The notes under the pieces were generated by a model. It had not been told where the DNA came from, searched no databases, and worked only from the letters and a program-made list of their open reading frames with translations. A program made the translations under genes and the position numbers. A DNA stretch of 13,733 nt, taken from NCBI GenBank assembly GCA_028700115.1, contig JAQVTI010000016.1, forward strand, positions 1-13,733, given 5' to 3'. This document shows positions 1 through 6,476 of the stretch, one piece after another; position 1 is the first letter of the stretch, and each line of letters opens with the position of its first letter. Source of the stretch: Candidatus Iainarchaeum sp. (GTDB taxonomy: Archaea > Iainarchaeota > Iainarchaeia > Iainarchaeales > CSSED10-239).

Positions 1-2
1 GT

Positions 3-260
3 ATTACTTCTTATGATATTTTGACTAATTTAAATAGTTTAAGTTATAAAGATGTTTTTTTAATAAATAAAAATTATGATACTAGTGATGGAATTGGTGC
101 TTTTTATAGTGATAGAGGGGATAATATGGGTGATCGTGCCTTTCTTGTGGGTGGTGGTTGGAGCGATGGTTCTTATGCCGGGGTTCTATCTCGGGATTTG
201 TTCTATGGTCCTTCGTTCCGGAACTATAGGATCGGCTTTCGGTGTGTAGTAGTTCCATAA
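3..260 (+). CDS. 3' end of a longer gene whose 5' end lies off-window: C-terminal C-type-lectin / FGE-sulfatase-like domain protein, candidate DGR target
   Basis: The frame is open from the window edge (ATT ACT TCT TAT GAT ATT precede the track's TTG at 21 with no stop), so the 79-aa ORF is a fragment. The C-terminus GGGWSDGSYAGVLSRDLFYGPSFRNYRIGFRCVVVP* fits the GGxW...R...P-xx-R-xxx-[IV]GFRC scaffold of SUMF1/FGE-type CLec folds. Stop is TAA at 258-260. Confidence 0.6.
   Translation: MTSYDILTNLNSLSYKDVFLINKNYDTSDGIGAFYSDRGDNMGDRAFLVGGGWSDGSYAGVLSRDLFYGPSFRNYRIGFRCVVVP
114..257 (+). other. Candidate DGR variable region (VR): a compositionally aberrant, adenine-depleted 3' end of the CDS
   Basis: Hand count for nt 141-240: 50 G+C and only 11 A per 100 nt. 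This compares with 20% GC in nt 21-100 of the same ORF and 14% GC in nt 301-400. Arg codons here are AGA, CGT, CGG, CGG, AGG and CGG, while orc1/cdc6 in this window uses AGA almost exclusively. Many codons have the NNY form (AGC GAT GGT TCT TAT ... GAT .. TTC TAT GGT ... AAC TAT), as expected if they were templated by AAY codons. No TR or RT is visible in the window. Confidence 0.4.
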
Positions 261-297
261 AAAAGGATTTGATATTTTTGTCTTATAAATTTTTATT

Positions 298-804
298 TTA
301 TTTTTCATTTTTTATATATTCTAAAAATAATATAAATATTATTATTCCAAATATAAACCATAAACTAATATGTGCTATTTTTGCAAGTTTATAACTAATT
401 TTTTTTGCTAAGACTATAAAAATTATTCTTAATAAGTTTATTTTTAATAATATAAATAAAATTAATATATTTTTAATTATTTTTTTATTATATTTTTTTT
501 TAATATTTTGGTATATGCTACTACTACTTTGGTTTTTAGTAGATATTTTAGGTTTACTCTTTTTTTTTGAAAGATGATAGGCTATAATTAAACCAAAAAA
601 TAAACTAATGGTTAAAATACCACTACATTCAGGCACAAAAATAAATCCATTTAAATTAATTATTTTTCCAAATAATAAGTTTATTATTTTTTCTTCAAGA
701 AATATTAATTTTTTACCTATACTTAATATTAATATTTTTGATAATAATAAATATGTTATTATAAAAATTAATATGAATTTTATATATTCTTTATATTTTT
801 TCAT
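298..804 (-). CDS. Short exosortase/archaeosortase-family membrane protein (mini archaeosortase-like)
   Basis: 168 aa and polytopic. Three family-like motifs lie at helix ends in the expected order: VPECSGIL (Cys60), KINLLRII (Arg126) and AHISLWFIFG (His145). A K/S-rich loop (KKKSKPKISTKNQSSSS) lies between the Cys and Arg helices. ATG start at 804. Confidence 0.6.
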   Translation of the reverse strand: MKKYKEYIKFILIFIITYLLLSKILILSIGKKLIFLEEKIINLLFGKIINLNGFIFVPECSGILTISLFFGLIIAYHLSKKKSKPKISTKNQSSSSIYQNIKKKYNKKIIKNILILFILLKINLLRIIFIVLAKKISYKLAKIAHISLWFIFGIIIFILFLEYIKNEK

Positions 805-938
805 AATAAGATATATTGTCTAAAAAGTATATATTTGTTTTGTATAATTTTATTTTTTATAAATATTTATAGTAATCTAAAATATTTTTTTTGCTTAGAA
901 ATGAAGTTATTTTGTAATTTAAATTTATCTAAAATATA

Positions 939-1631
939 TTAGATTATAATTGTATAAATTATAATTATTATAATTCCTGTAATTAAAGTAGATATAAAAT
1001 TATTCCAATTATTATTTATTTTTTGATTTTTATTTTCAATTATAGCTCCAGTAAAACTATCTATTAATGATCCAATAATTCCAGAAATAGATATTAATAT
1101 AATAAATAAATAATTATATTCTATAATTATGAAAAATATTGCAGTTATTAAAGATCCTAATAAAGCTCCAATTATTCCAATTAAACTAATTGCCCCATTT
1201 GTTCCTTTTTTTACTTTTTTAAAAGTATTAATCATTCTAGGGTTTTTTATAGATAATAATCCGATTTCAGAAGAAAGTGTATCTGAAAATGCTGCAGAAA
1301 TTGTAGCAAGTGAAGCAATTATAAACATTTCTAGATTTACATATAATAATTTGTTTAAAATAAATCCTGTTATAAAAATTACAAGACTTGCCCCACAGTT
1401 TCCTAATACATTTTTATAATCTCTTTTTCCATGTTTTTTGTTTAATATCATTGTAATTATTTCTGCAATTCCAAAAAACATTATAACATATATTACTGCA
1501 TATATATCTATAAAATATAAAAATATACTACATACAATATATACTATAGAAATAGTAAATAAATCATACTTTCTAGTTATATTTAAAAATAATCCTATTA
1601 GTATGAATATTAAAAAATATAAAAAAAACAT
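939..1631 (-). CDS. DUF92 / TMEM19-family integral membrane protein
   Basis: 230 aa, multi-TM. Motifs match DUF92 (PF01940) as I recall it: NVLGNCGASLVIF, AAFSDTLSSEIGLLS (the ADTWASEIG-type motif), KKGTNGAISLIGIIGALLGSL and GSLIDSFTGAIIE. Confidence 0.75.
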   Translation of the reverse strand: MFFLYFLIFILIGLFLNITRKYDLFTISIVYIVCSIFLYFIDIYAVIYVIMFFGIAEIITMILNKKHGKRDYKNVLGNCGASLVIFITGFILNKLLYVNLEMFIIASLATISAAFSDTLSSEIGLLSIKNPRMINTFKKVKKGTNGAISLIGIIGALLGSLITAIFFIIIEYNYLFIILISISGIIGSLIDSFTGAIIENKNQKINNNWNNFISTLITGIIIIIIYTIII

Positions 1632-1641
1632 AAAAGATCAT

Positions 1642-2217
1642 TTAGATTATTTTTGCTCTAACAACCATAATCTTATTTATATAACCAAGTTTTACTAATT
1701 TCTTTTTAAGTTTTTCACAAATTTTTTTATTTAGAATCTCATTCCATGTTTCTGATAATGTTTTTGTAGATATTTCATTTAAAAAATATTCTTCTATTAA
1801 GTTTCTAGATTCTTTTCTTAAAGTTGTTGTAAATTTTGTTCCAGTTATAAAAAGTGTTTTTAATTTTAGTTTTACTCCATCTTTTGTAGTTACATAAATT
1901 ATATTATCGATTTTAGATTTTCCTCTTCTTGCAAGTCTTTTTATATTTCCTGGTTTTGTATTAAATTCTTGCAATTTTGTTTCTGCTTTTGTTGCAGTTA
2001 CTTTATCAATTTTAAATAATAGAGTGTATGCAGAGTCTCTAAAACTATTTGTAATTTGATCAAGAGTTTTTTTAATAGTTCTTCCAACTAGTTCTTTACT
2101 ATCAAGTGCAACTGTTTTTCCAATTTCTTTATTTTCAAAAACAGAATCTGATTCTATAATATACCATTTTTTCTTTTTCCAGTTATCTACTGTTTTTTTT
2201 TTATTTACTTTTGCCAT
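1642..2217 (-). CDS. rps3ae: 30S ribosomal protein S3Ae (eS1)
   Basis: 191 aa. The N-terminus MAKVNKKKTVDNWKKKKWYIIESDSVFENKEIGKTVA is typical of archaeal S3Ae. A GGTG sits about 9 nt upstream of the ATG. Confidence 0.92.
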   Translation of the reverse strand: MAKVNKKKTVDNWKKKKWYIIESDSVFENKEIGKTVALDSKELVGRTIKKTLDQITNSFRDSAYTLLFKIDKVTATKAETKLQEFNTKPGNIKRLARRGKSKIDNIIYVTTKDGVKLKLKTLFITGTKFTTTLRKESRNLIEEYFLNEISTKTLSETWNEILNKKICEKLKKKLVKLGYINKIMVVRAKII

Positions 2218-2241
2218 GTATTCTACACCATTTTATTAATA

Positions 2242-2655
2242 TTATTTAATTAGTAATTTTGCTGTTTCTTTTGAATATCTCCAATTTTGAGGTATTTTTC
2301 CTTCTTTTATATAATATTTTTTAAGTCTATTTATTTTAGATACAGTTAATTGATATCCTCTTTTTGCAGATGTATCTTTTTTATTTATATCTTGATGTTT
2401 TAATAAAGTTACTGCTTTTTTTATTAATGCCATTAAGTCATCTGGTAATTTATCTGAACTAATTACTTTTAATTCTGTTTGTATTTGTGTAATTCTTTTA
2501 CCAATTGTTTTTTTTGTGTTTTTTATATTATTTTTTTTAAGTTCTAGTCCAATTAACGCAGCTGGAGTTGCTTTTTTACTCATTTCTTCTATTTTAGAAT
2601 AGATTTCTTCTTTTCCAAATTTATTTTCTTTTGTTTTTTCTACCATATTAATCAT
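2242..2655 (-). CDS. rps15: 30S ribosomal protein S15 (uS15; S15P/S13e)
   Basis: 137 aa. The C-terminal half HQDINKKDTSAKRGYQLTVSKINRLKKYYIKEGKIPQNWRYSKETAKLL matches the archaeal S15P/S13e signature. The true start may be the second ATG at 2646 (MVEKT...), which lies 9 nt after an AGGT. Confidence 0.9.
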   Translation of the reverse strand: MINMVEKTKENKFGKEEIYSKIEEMSKKATPAALIGLELKKNNIKNTKKTIGKRITQIQTELKVISSDKLPDDLMALIKKAVTLLKHQDINKKDTSAKRGYQLTVSKINRLKKYYIKEGKIPQNWRYSKETAKLLIK

Positions 2656-2803
2656 ACCTTTTAAATTTAATTTATATAGAATTATTTGATTTTTTTAAAA
2701 TAATTTTGTTTTTAAAAAAAAATATAGTTATATAATATATATTATTATTGCGATTACTTTATATATATTTTTATTTTGAAAAATAAATTTTTTTACAGAA
2801 TTT

Positions 2804-3373
2804 TTATAAATACCTACCTCTTTTTTCAATTTCTTTTATCTTTTCTAATATTTTTTTATTTTTAGTATTTTCTATATACCCTTTTTTTATTTCTATCCAT
2901 ATTTTTTCAGTTTTTTTATTACTTAGTAAGGTTTTTTTGAATACTAATAAATCTGTTGCTTTATCTTCTATTTTATTTGTTGTTGTTGCAAGTCCAAAAT
3001 CAATAAAATAAATATTTTTTTTATAAGTAATTATATTTATTAAATTTAAATCTCCATGCATTATATTATTATCATGCATTTTTGAAATTTCTTGACCAAT
3101 TTTTTTAGCTTGTTTTATATGAGTATTATTATTTTTTATATATTCCATAATTATTTTATCTTCTGATACATAATATATATAAGGAGCATTTAATCCTATT
3201 TGTTTTATTTTTTTTAATATATTTGCTTCTTCTTTATTTCTTTGTTTTATAATTTTTTGATTTAATATTTTGTTTCTATATTCTTTATATATTCTTTGTT
3301 TAATAATTACATCTTGTCCAAATATTTTTGTTTTAAATATTTTTGCTTCTGCTCCATAACTAATTTGTTTCAT
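2804..3373 (-). CDS. bud32: Bud32-type small atypical protein kinase (KEOPS subunit, Kae1-associated kinase)
   Basis: 189 aa. It has a glycine-loop-like ISYGAEAKIF, a VIIKQR lysine, a catalytic HGDLNLINII (HGDLTTSN-type) and IDFGLA. Size and domain truncation are typical of stand-alone archaeal Bud32. Confidence 0.85.
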   Translation of the reverse strand: MKQISYGAEAKIFKTKIFGQDVIIKQRIYKEYRNKILNQKIIKQRNKEEANILKKIKQIGLNAPYIYYVSEDKIIMEYIKNNNTHIKQAKKIGQEISKMHDNNIMHGDLNLINIITYKKNIYFIDFGLATTTNKIEDKATDLLVFKKTLLSNKKTEKIWIEIKKGYIENTKNKKILEKIKEIEKRGRYL

Positions 3374-3876
3374 TAACTATCACAAATAGGGTTTTTTTTA
3401 ATTTCTGATTTTAATAATAGAAAATCATAGTTTGTTTCTAAGTCATATATATATTTATCCCAAAAAATATATTTAATATATTCTTTATTATCTTCTTCTT
3501 CTTTAAATAATGCTAATACTTTATTTTTTTTAAGATAAATTGTTTCTGTTTTTAATAAATATTCTTTAGATATACAACCATTTCCATAACTTAAATTTAA
3601 TTTATATATTTTTTCAAGTTCTTTATTTGATTCTATAAATTTTATATATTCAATTATTGCTTCTGCTGCAGTTTTATTTTTGGATTCTGATAAAAGTGCA
3701 ATATATTCTATATTATCTTCAGAATATAATTTATTTTCAGAAATATTATAATTTTTATTTATTTTTTGAATTTGTTTAAGATCATTTATTTTTATTTGCT
3801 GTGTAATTATACAAATAAATATAATAATTACAATTATTATTAATAATTCTCCAATAAAGCTGTTTTTTTTATCCAT
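3373..3876 (-). CDS. Hypothetical protein with an N-terminal membrane anchor
   Basis: 167 aa. One N-terminal hydrophobic helix (FIGELLIIIVIIIFICIIT) is followed by a soluble K/E/N-rich domain. Its stop overlaps the bud32 start (TAATG, 1 nt shared at 3373). I recognise no family. Confidence 0.6.
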   Translation of the reverse strand: MDKKNSFIGELLIIIVIIIFICIITQQIKINDLKQIQKINKNYNISENKLYSEDNIEYIALLSESKNKTAAEAIIEYIKFIESNKELEKIYKLNLSYGNGCISKEYLLKTETIYLKKNKVLALFKEEEDNKEYIKYIFWDKYIYDLETNYDFLLLKSEIKKNPICDS

Positions 3877-3951
3877 TTTTATTTACCTTTTTTTCAAATT
3901 GTTTTTATATTTATATATTTCATTTTAAAAGTCTTTTTATTCTTTTTTATT

Positions 3952-4572
3952 TTATAATTTTTTAATAATTTCTATTATTTTGGAATTAATTTTTTTTTTT
4001 ATAATTTGTTCTTCAAGTTTTATTTTTAATTGAGCAATTTTATGTTCTGCATTTTTTTCTTTAAATTCTTGTTTTTTTTTACTATAATCTCCAATTTGTG
4101 AATTTTTATAAACTATTGAATTATTTATTGTTTCTTTTAATTTTTGTCTATAATCTGGATCTATTAAAAAAGTATTAAATAAATTTTTATATTGTGGATC
4201 CATTAAAACTATATCTTCTAATTTAGATTCTTGTAAATCTTTTTTGTATTCTTTGTCTACTAAACTTTTTATTTTGTGTTTCCAAAATTTTTTATTTAAT
4301 AACATATATAAAGGTATAATTTTATGATATTTATGTGCGTTATTTTTTTCTTTTTGCCAATAGTGTATATTTTTTTTTAGTTCTTTAATTTTTTTATTTA
4401 TATATTCTGTTTCTTCTTTTAACTCTTTTATTTCAGGATATATTATTTTATTATTTTTTATTTGCATTGTTTTTTTTTTGAAAAATAAATCTATATATTT
4501 TTTATTTTCTGAATTTATTTTTTTTTTTAAAAACTCTTCTAAATCTTTAGTTTTATTAATTGTATTTTTCAT
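3952..4572 (-). CDS. Hypothetical lysine-rich, probably coiled-coil protein
   Basis: 206 aa, ATG start, no TM segment. K/E-rich stretches at both ends (KELKEETEYINKKIKELKK; AQLKIKLEEQIIKKK) look helical. I recognise no family. Confidence 0.5.
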   Translation of the reverse strand: MKNTINKTKDLEEFLKKKINSENKKYIDLFFKKKTMQIKNNKIIYPEIKELKEETEYINKKIKELKKNIHYWQKEKNNAHKYHKIIPLYMLLNKKFWKHKIKSLVDKEYKKDLQESKLEDIVLMDPQYKNLFNTFLIDPDYRQKLKETINNSIVYKNSQIGDYSKKKQEFKEKNAEHKIAQLKIKLEEQIIKKKINSKIIEIIKKL

Positions 4573-4698
4573 ATTTTTCGCATATTTTTATGTTTTATAA
4601 TTGAATATATTATACCTTAGTTTATTTAAATATTTTTAATCTATATATTTAATATTTATTTTGTTTATTTTTAAAACATTATAAAAAATGGAGTTAAT

Positions 4699-5049
4699 GT
4701 GATAAATATGTTTCCAAATATGGGTGGATTAGATCCAAGACGAATGCAAAGTATGATGAAGCAAATGGGTATTGAAAATAAAGAAATTTCCGCAAAAAGA
4801 GTAATTATAGAAACTAATGATTCTAAAATAATTATCTTAGAACCTCAAGTTACAAAAATAACTATGCAAGGACAATCTTCTTTTCAAATATCTGGAGATA
4901 TTCAAGAAAGTAAAGAATTAATTATTCCTCAAGAAGATATAGATATGGTTTCAACTCAAGCAAATATTTCAAAAGAAAAAGCAAAAAAGCTTTTAGAAGA
5001 AACAAAAGGAGATATTGCTAAAGCAATTTCTCTAATTGATTTAGATTAA
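4699..5049 (+). CDS. nac: Nascent polypeptide-associated complex protein (archaeal NAC, NAC domain plus C-terminal UBA)
   Basis: The sequence includes LDPRRMQSMMKQMGIE, a NAC beta-core (RVIIETNDSKIIILEPQVTKITMQGQSSFQISG) and a UBA-like tail (EDIDMVSTQANISKEKAKKLLEETKGDIAKAI). The GTG at 4699 has GGAG 5 nt upstream; an alternative ATG is at 4708. Confidence 0.9.
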   Translation: MINMFPNMGGLDPRRMQSMMKQMGIENKEISAKRVIIETNDSKIIILEPQVTKITMQGQSSFQISGDIQESKELIIPQEDIDMVSTQANISKEKAKKLLEETKGDIAKAISLIDLD

Positions 5050-5054
5050 TTTTT

Positions 5055-6353
5055 TTATTTTTCTATTTTTCCAAGTTGTGCTAAAATTATTTCAGTTCTT
5101 GAAACATATGCTTGTAAATTTAGGTTAAATTTAATTTTATTAATATCTTCTGGATAATCTAACCATGCTTCTGTAAATTGGTCTTTATAGTTGTATGTAA
5201 TTTCTTTTATTGTTATTTCTGATATATTAAATATACCTTTTTTCTTTATTTTTTCTAATTTTATTCCTAAATTAATTAATTTTTGTTTATTTTCTTCAAT
5301 TTCAGAATCATTTATTATAATTTCTATTTTTGTATATGGTTTTTCTAGAATTTCAGTTATATTTTCTAATTTAAGTTTTTCTATAATTTCATTATATTTG
5401 TTTATATTTAAATCATTTAATGTTATTTCTAATATATTTTCATCAATTATGTATTTTTCTGTATTATTTTCATTTTCTTCTTGTTTTATTATGAATTTAT
5501 TAACATCTTCTATATTTTTATTATTTATATTTAGTTTTATTTTTTTAATATCATTAAATGAAATTTCTATATTTTTATCTAATGCTTTTTTGATTGTATT
5601 TTCATCAATTTGGTTTTCTATTTCTTTTTTAAATATATATAAATAACTTTCTTCAAAATGATCTATTTCTAAATTTATATCGTCAAAAAGTAGTTGAGGT
5701 TGTGCTGTTATATTTTGTGTTTCTAAGAATAATATTGTTGTAGGTGTATCTTTTTTAAATATTACTTGTAATTGTCCATTTACATTGTCTTCTATTTGTG
5801 TTTCTATTCCTATAATTGCTTCTGCTCTCCCAGTTGTAAAATAATATGTTTTACTAATATTTTTATCAGATATAAGTTCTATTTCTTCATCTGGCAAATA
5901 AATTGTAGCATTTTTATAAAATTCAGTAGTTAAAAAATATTCTATTTGGGTAATATTTTCTAAAATTTCTTTTTCTTTATTAATATCATTTATTTTAAAT
6001 CTTGAAATTACAATAAATTCATTTCCATCAATATTATAATTTACTCCTTCTAAATTTATTTCTTTATTTTTAAGTAACTCTTCTTCAATTTTGGTTTTAT
6101 CATATTCATTTGTTGTTGCTATTAATATATATTGTGGATAAATATTTGCAATTTCTGCATTTATTTGTGCAAAATAATTTTCTTCAGTATGTTCTTCTAC
6201 ATCTATATTATTTTGATCAGAATTATTTAAATTTTGTCTAATATTTTCTGTTCTATCTCCTCCCATTAAAGCCATTCCAAAAATAGATCCTACAAAAAGA
6301 ATCACTACAATTATTGAAAATATGTTTTCTGTATTCCATTTCATTTTTATCAC
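5055..6353 (-). CDS. Hypothetical signal-anchored, acidic extracytoplasmic protein
   Basis: 432 aa. An N-terminal helix (IFSIIVVILFVGSIFGMALMGG) is followed by a long E/N/I/K-rich domain with no recognisable motifs. The track start is GTG at 6353; ATG at 6344 (MKWNTEN...) is an equally plausible start. Confidence 0.65.
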   Translation of the reverse strand: MIKMKWNTENIFSIIVVILFVGSIFGMALMGGDRTENIRQNLNNSDQNNIDVEEHTEENYFAQINAEIANIYPQYILIATTNEYDKTKIEEELLKNKEINLEGVNYNIDGNEFIVISRFKINDINKEKEILENITQIEYFLTTEFYKNATIYLPDEEIELISDKNISKTYYFTTGRAEAIIGIETQIEDNVNGQLQVIFKKDTPTTILFLETQNITAQPQLLFDDINLEIDHFEESYLYIFKKEIENQIDENTIKKALDKNIEISFNDIKKIKLNINNKNIEDVNKFIIKQEENENNTEKYIIDENILEITLNDLNINKYNEIIEKLKLENITEILEKPYTKIEIIINDSEIEENKQKLINLGIKLEKIKKKGIFNISEITIKEITYNYKDQFTEAWLDYPEDINKIKFNLNLQAYVSRTEIILAQLGKIEK

Positions 6354-6357
6354 TTTT

Positions 6358-6394
6358 AAATTTATAATTTTTTAAAAATTTAATAATTTTTTAA
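6358..6394. repeat. Tandem imperfect direct repeat in a divergent promoter spacer
   Basis: AAATTTATAATTTTTTAA (6358-6375) is followed immediately by AAATTTAATAATTTTTTAA (6376-6394), identical except for one inserted A. It lies between the divergent 432-aa orphan and dus. The sequence is low-complexity, so significance is uncertain. Confidence 0.35.
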
Positions 6395-6476
6395 CTTTTT
6401 AATTATTATATTTTTTAAAATTATATATATTTATGTTTCAATTCTTTTATATTTATTATGGCTCCTTTTTATATTT

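Noticed and set aside
21-23. TTG start assigned by the ORF track to the first ORF
   Set aside because: The frame stays open back to nt 3, so the gene is simply truncated by the window edge and TTG is an internal Leu codon.
608-823. 71-aa plus-strand ORF overlapping the archaeosortase-like gene
   Set aside because: It lies mostly antisense to a gene with recognisable motifs. Its F/I/N/L-rich, low-complexity translation is what the mirror strand of K/N/I-rich genes produces in ~20% GC DNA.
1129-1698. Two plus-strand ORFs (1129-1419 and 1438-1698) antisense to the DUF92 gene and the 3' end of rps3ae
   Set aside because: They are antisense to genes with strong family motifs, and they have no motifs or plausible start context of their own. 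They are composition artefacts.
4751-4760. TGATGA (C-box-like) strings suggesting C/D box sRNAs, also at ~7107, ~10458 and ~10989
   Set aside because: All lie inside well-supported CDSs, and I saw no suitably placed CTGA D box or terminal stem. None occurs in intergenic DNA.
5191-5646. 151-aa plus-strand ORF inside the 432-aa orphan
   Set aside because: The F/S/I/L-only translation is typical of the reverse complement of E/K/N/I-rich coding DNA. The minus-strand ORF is three times longer and has a sensible signal anchor.
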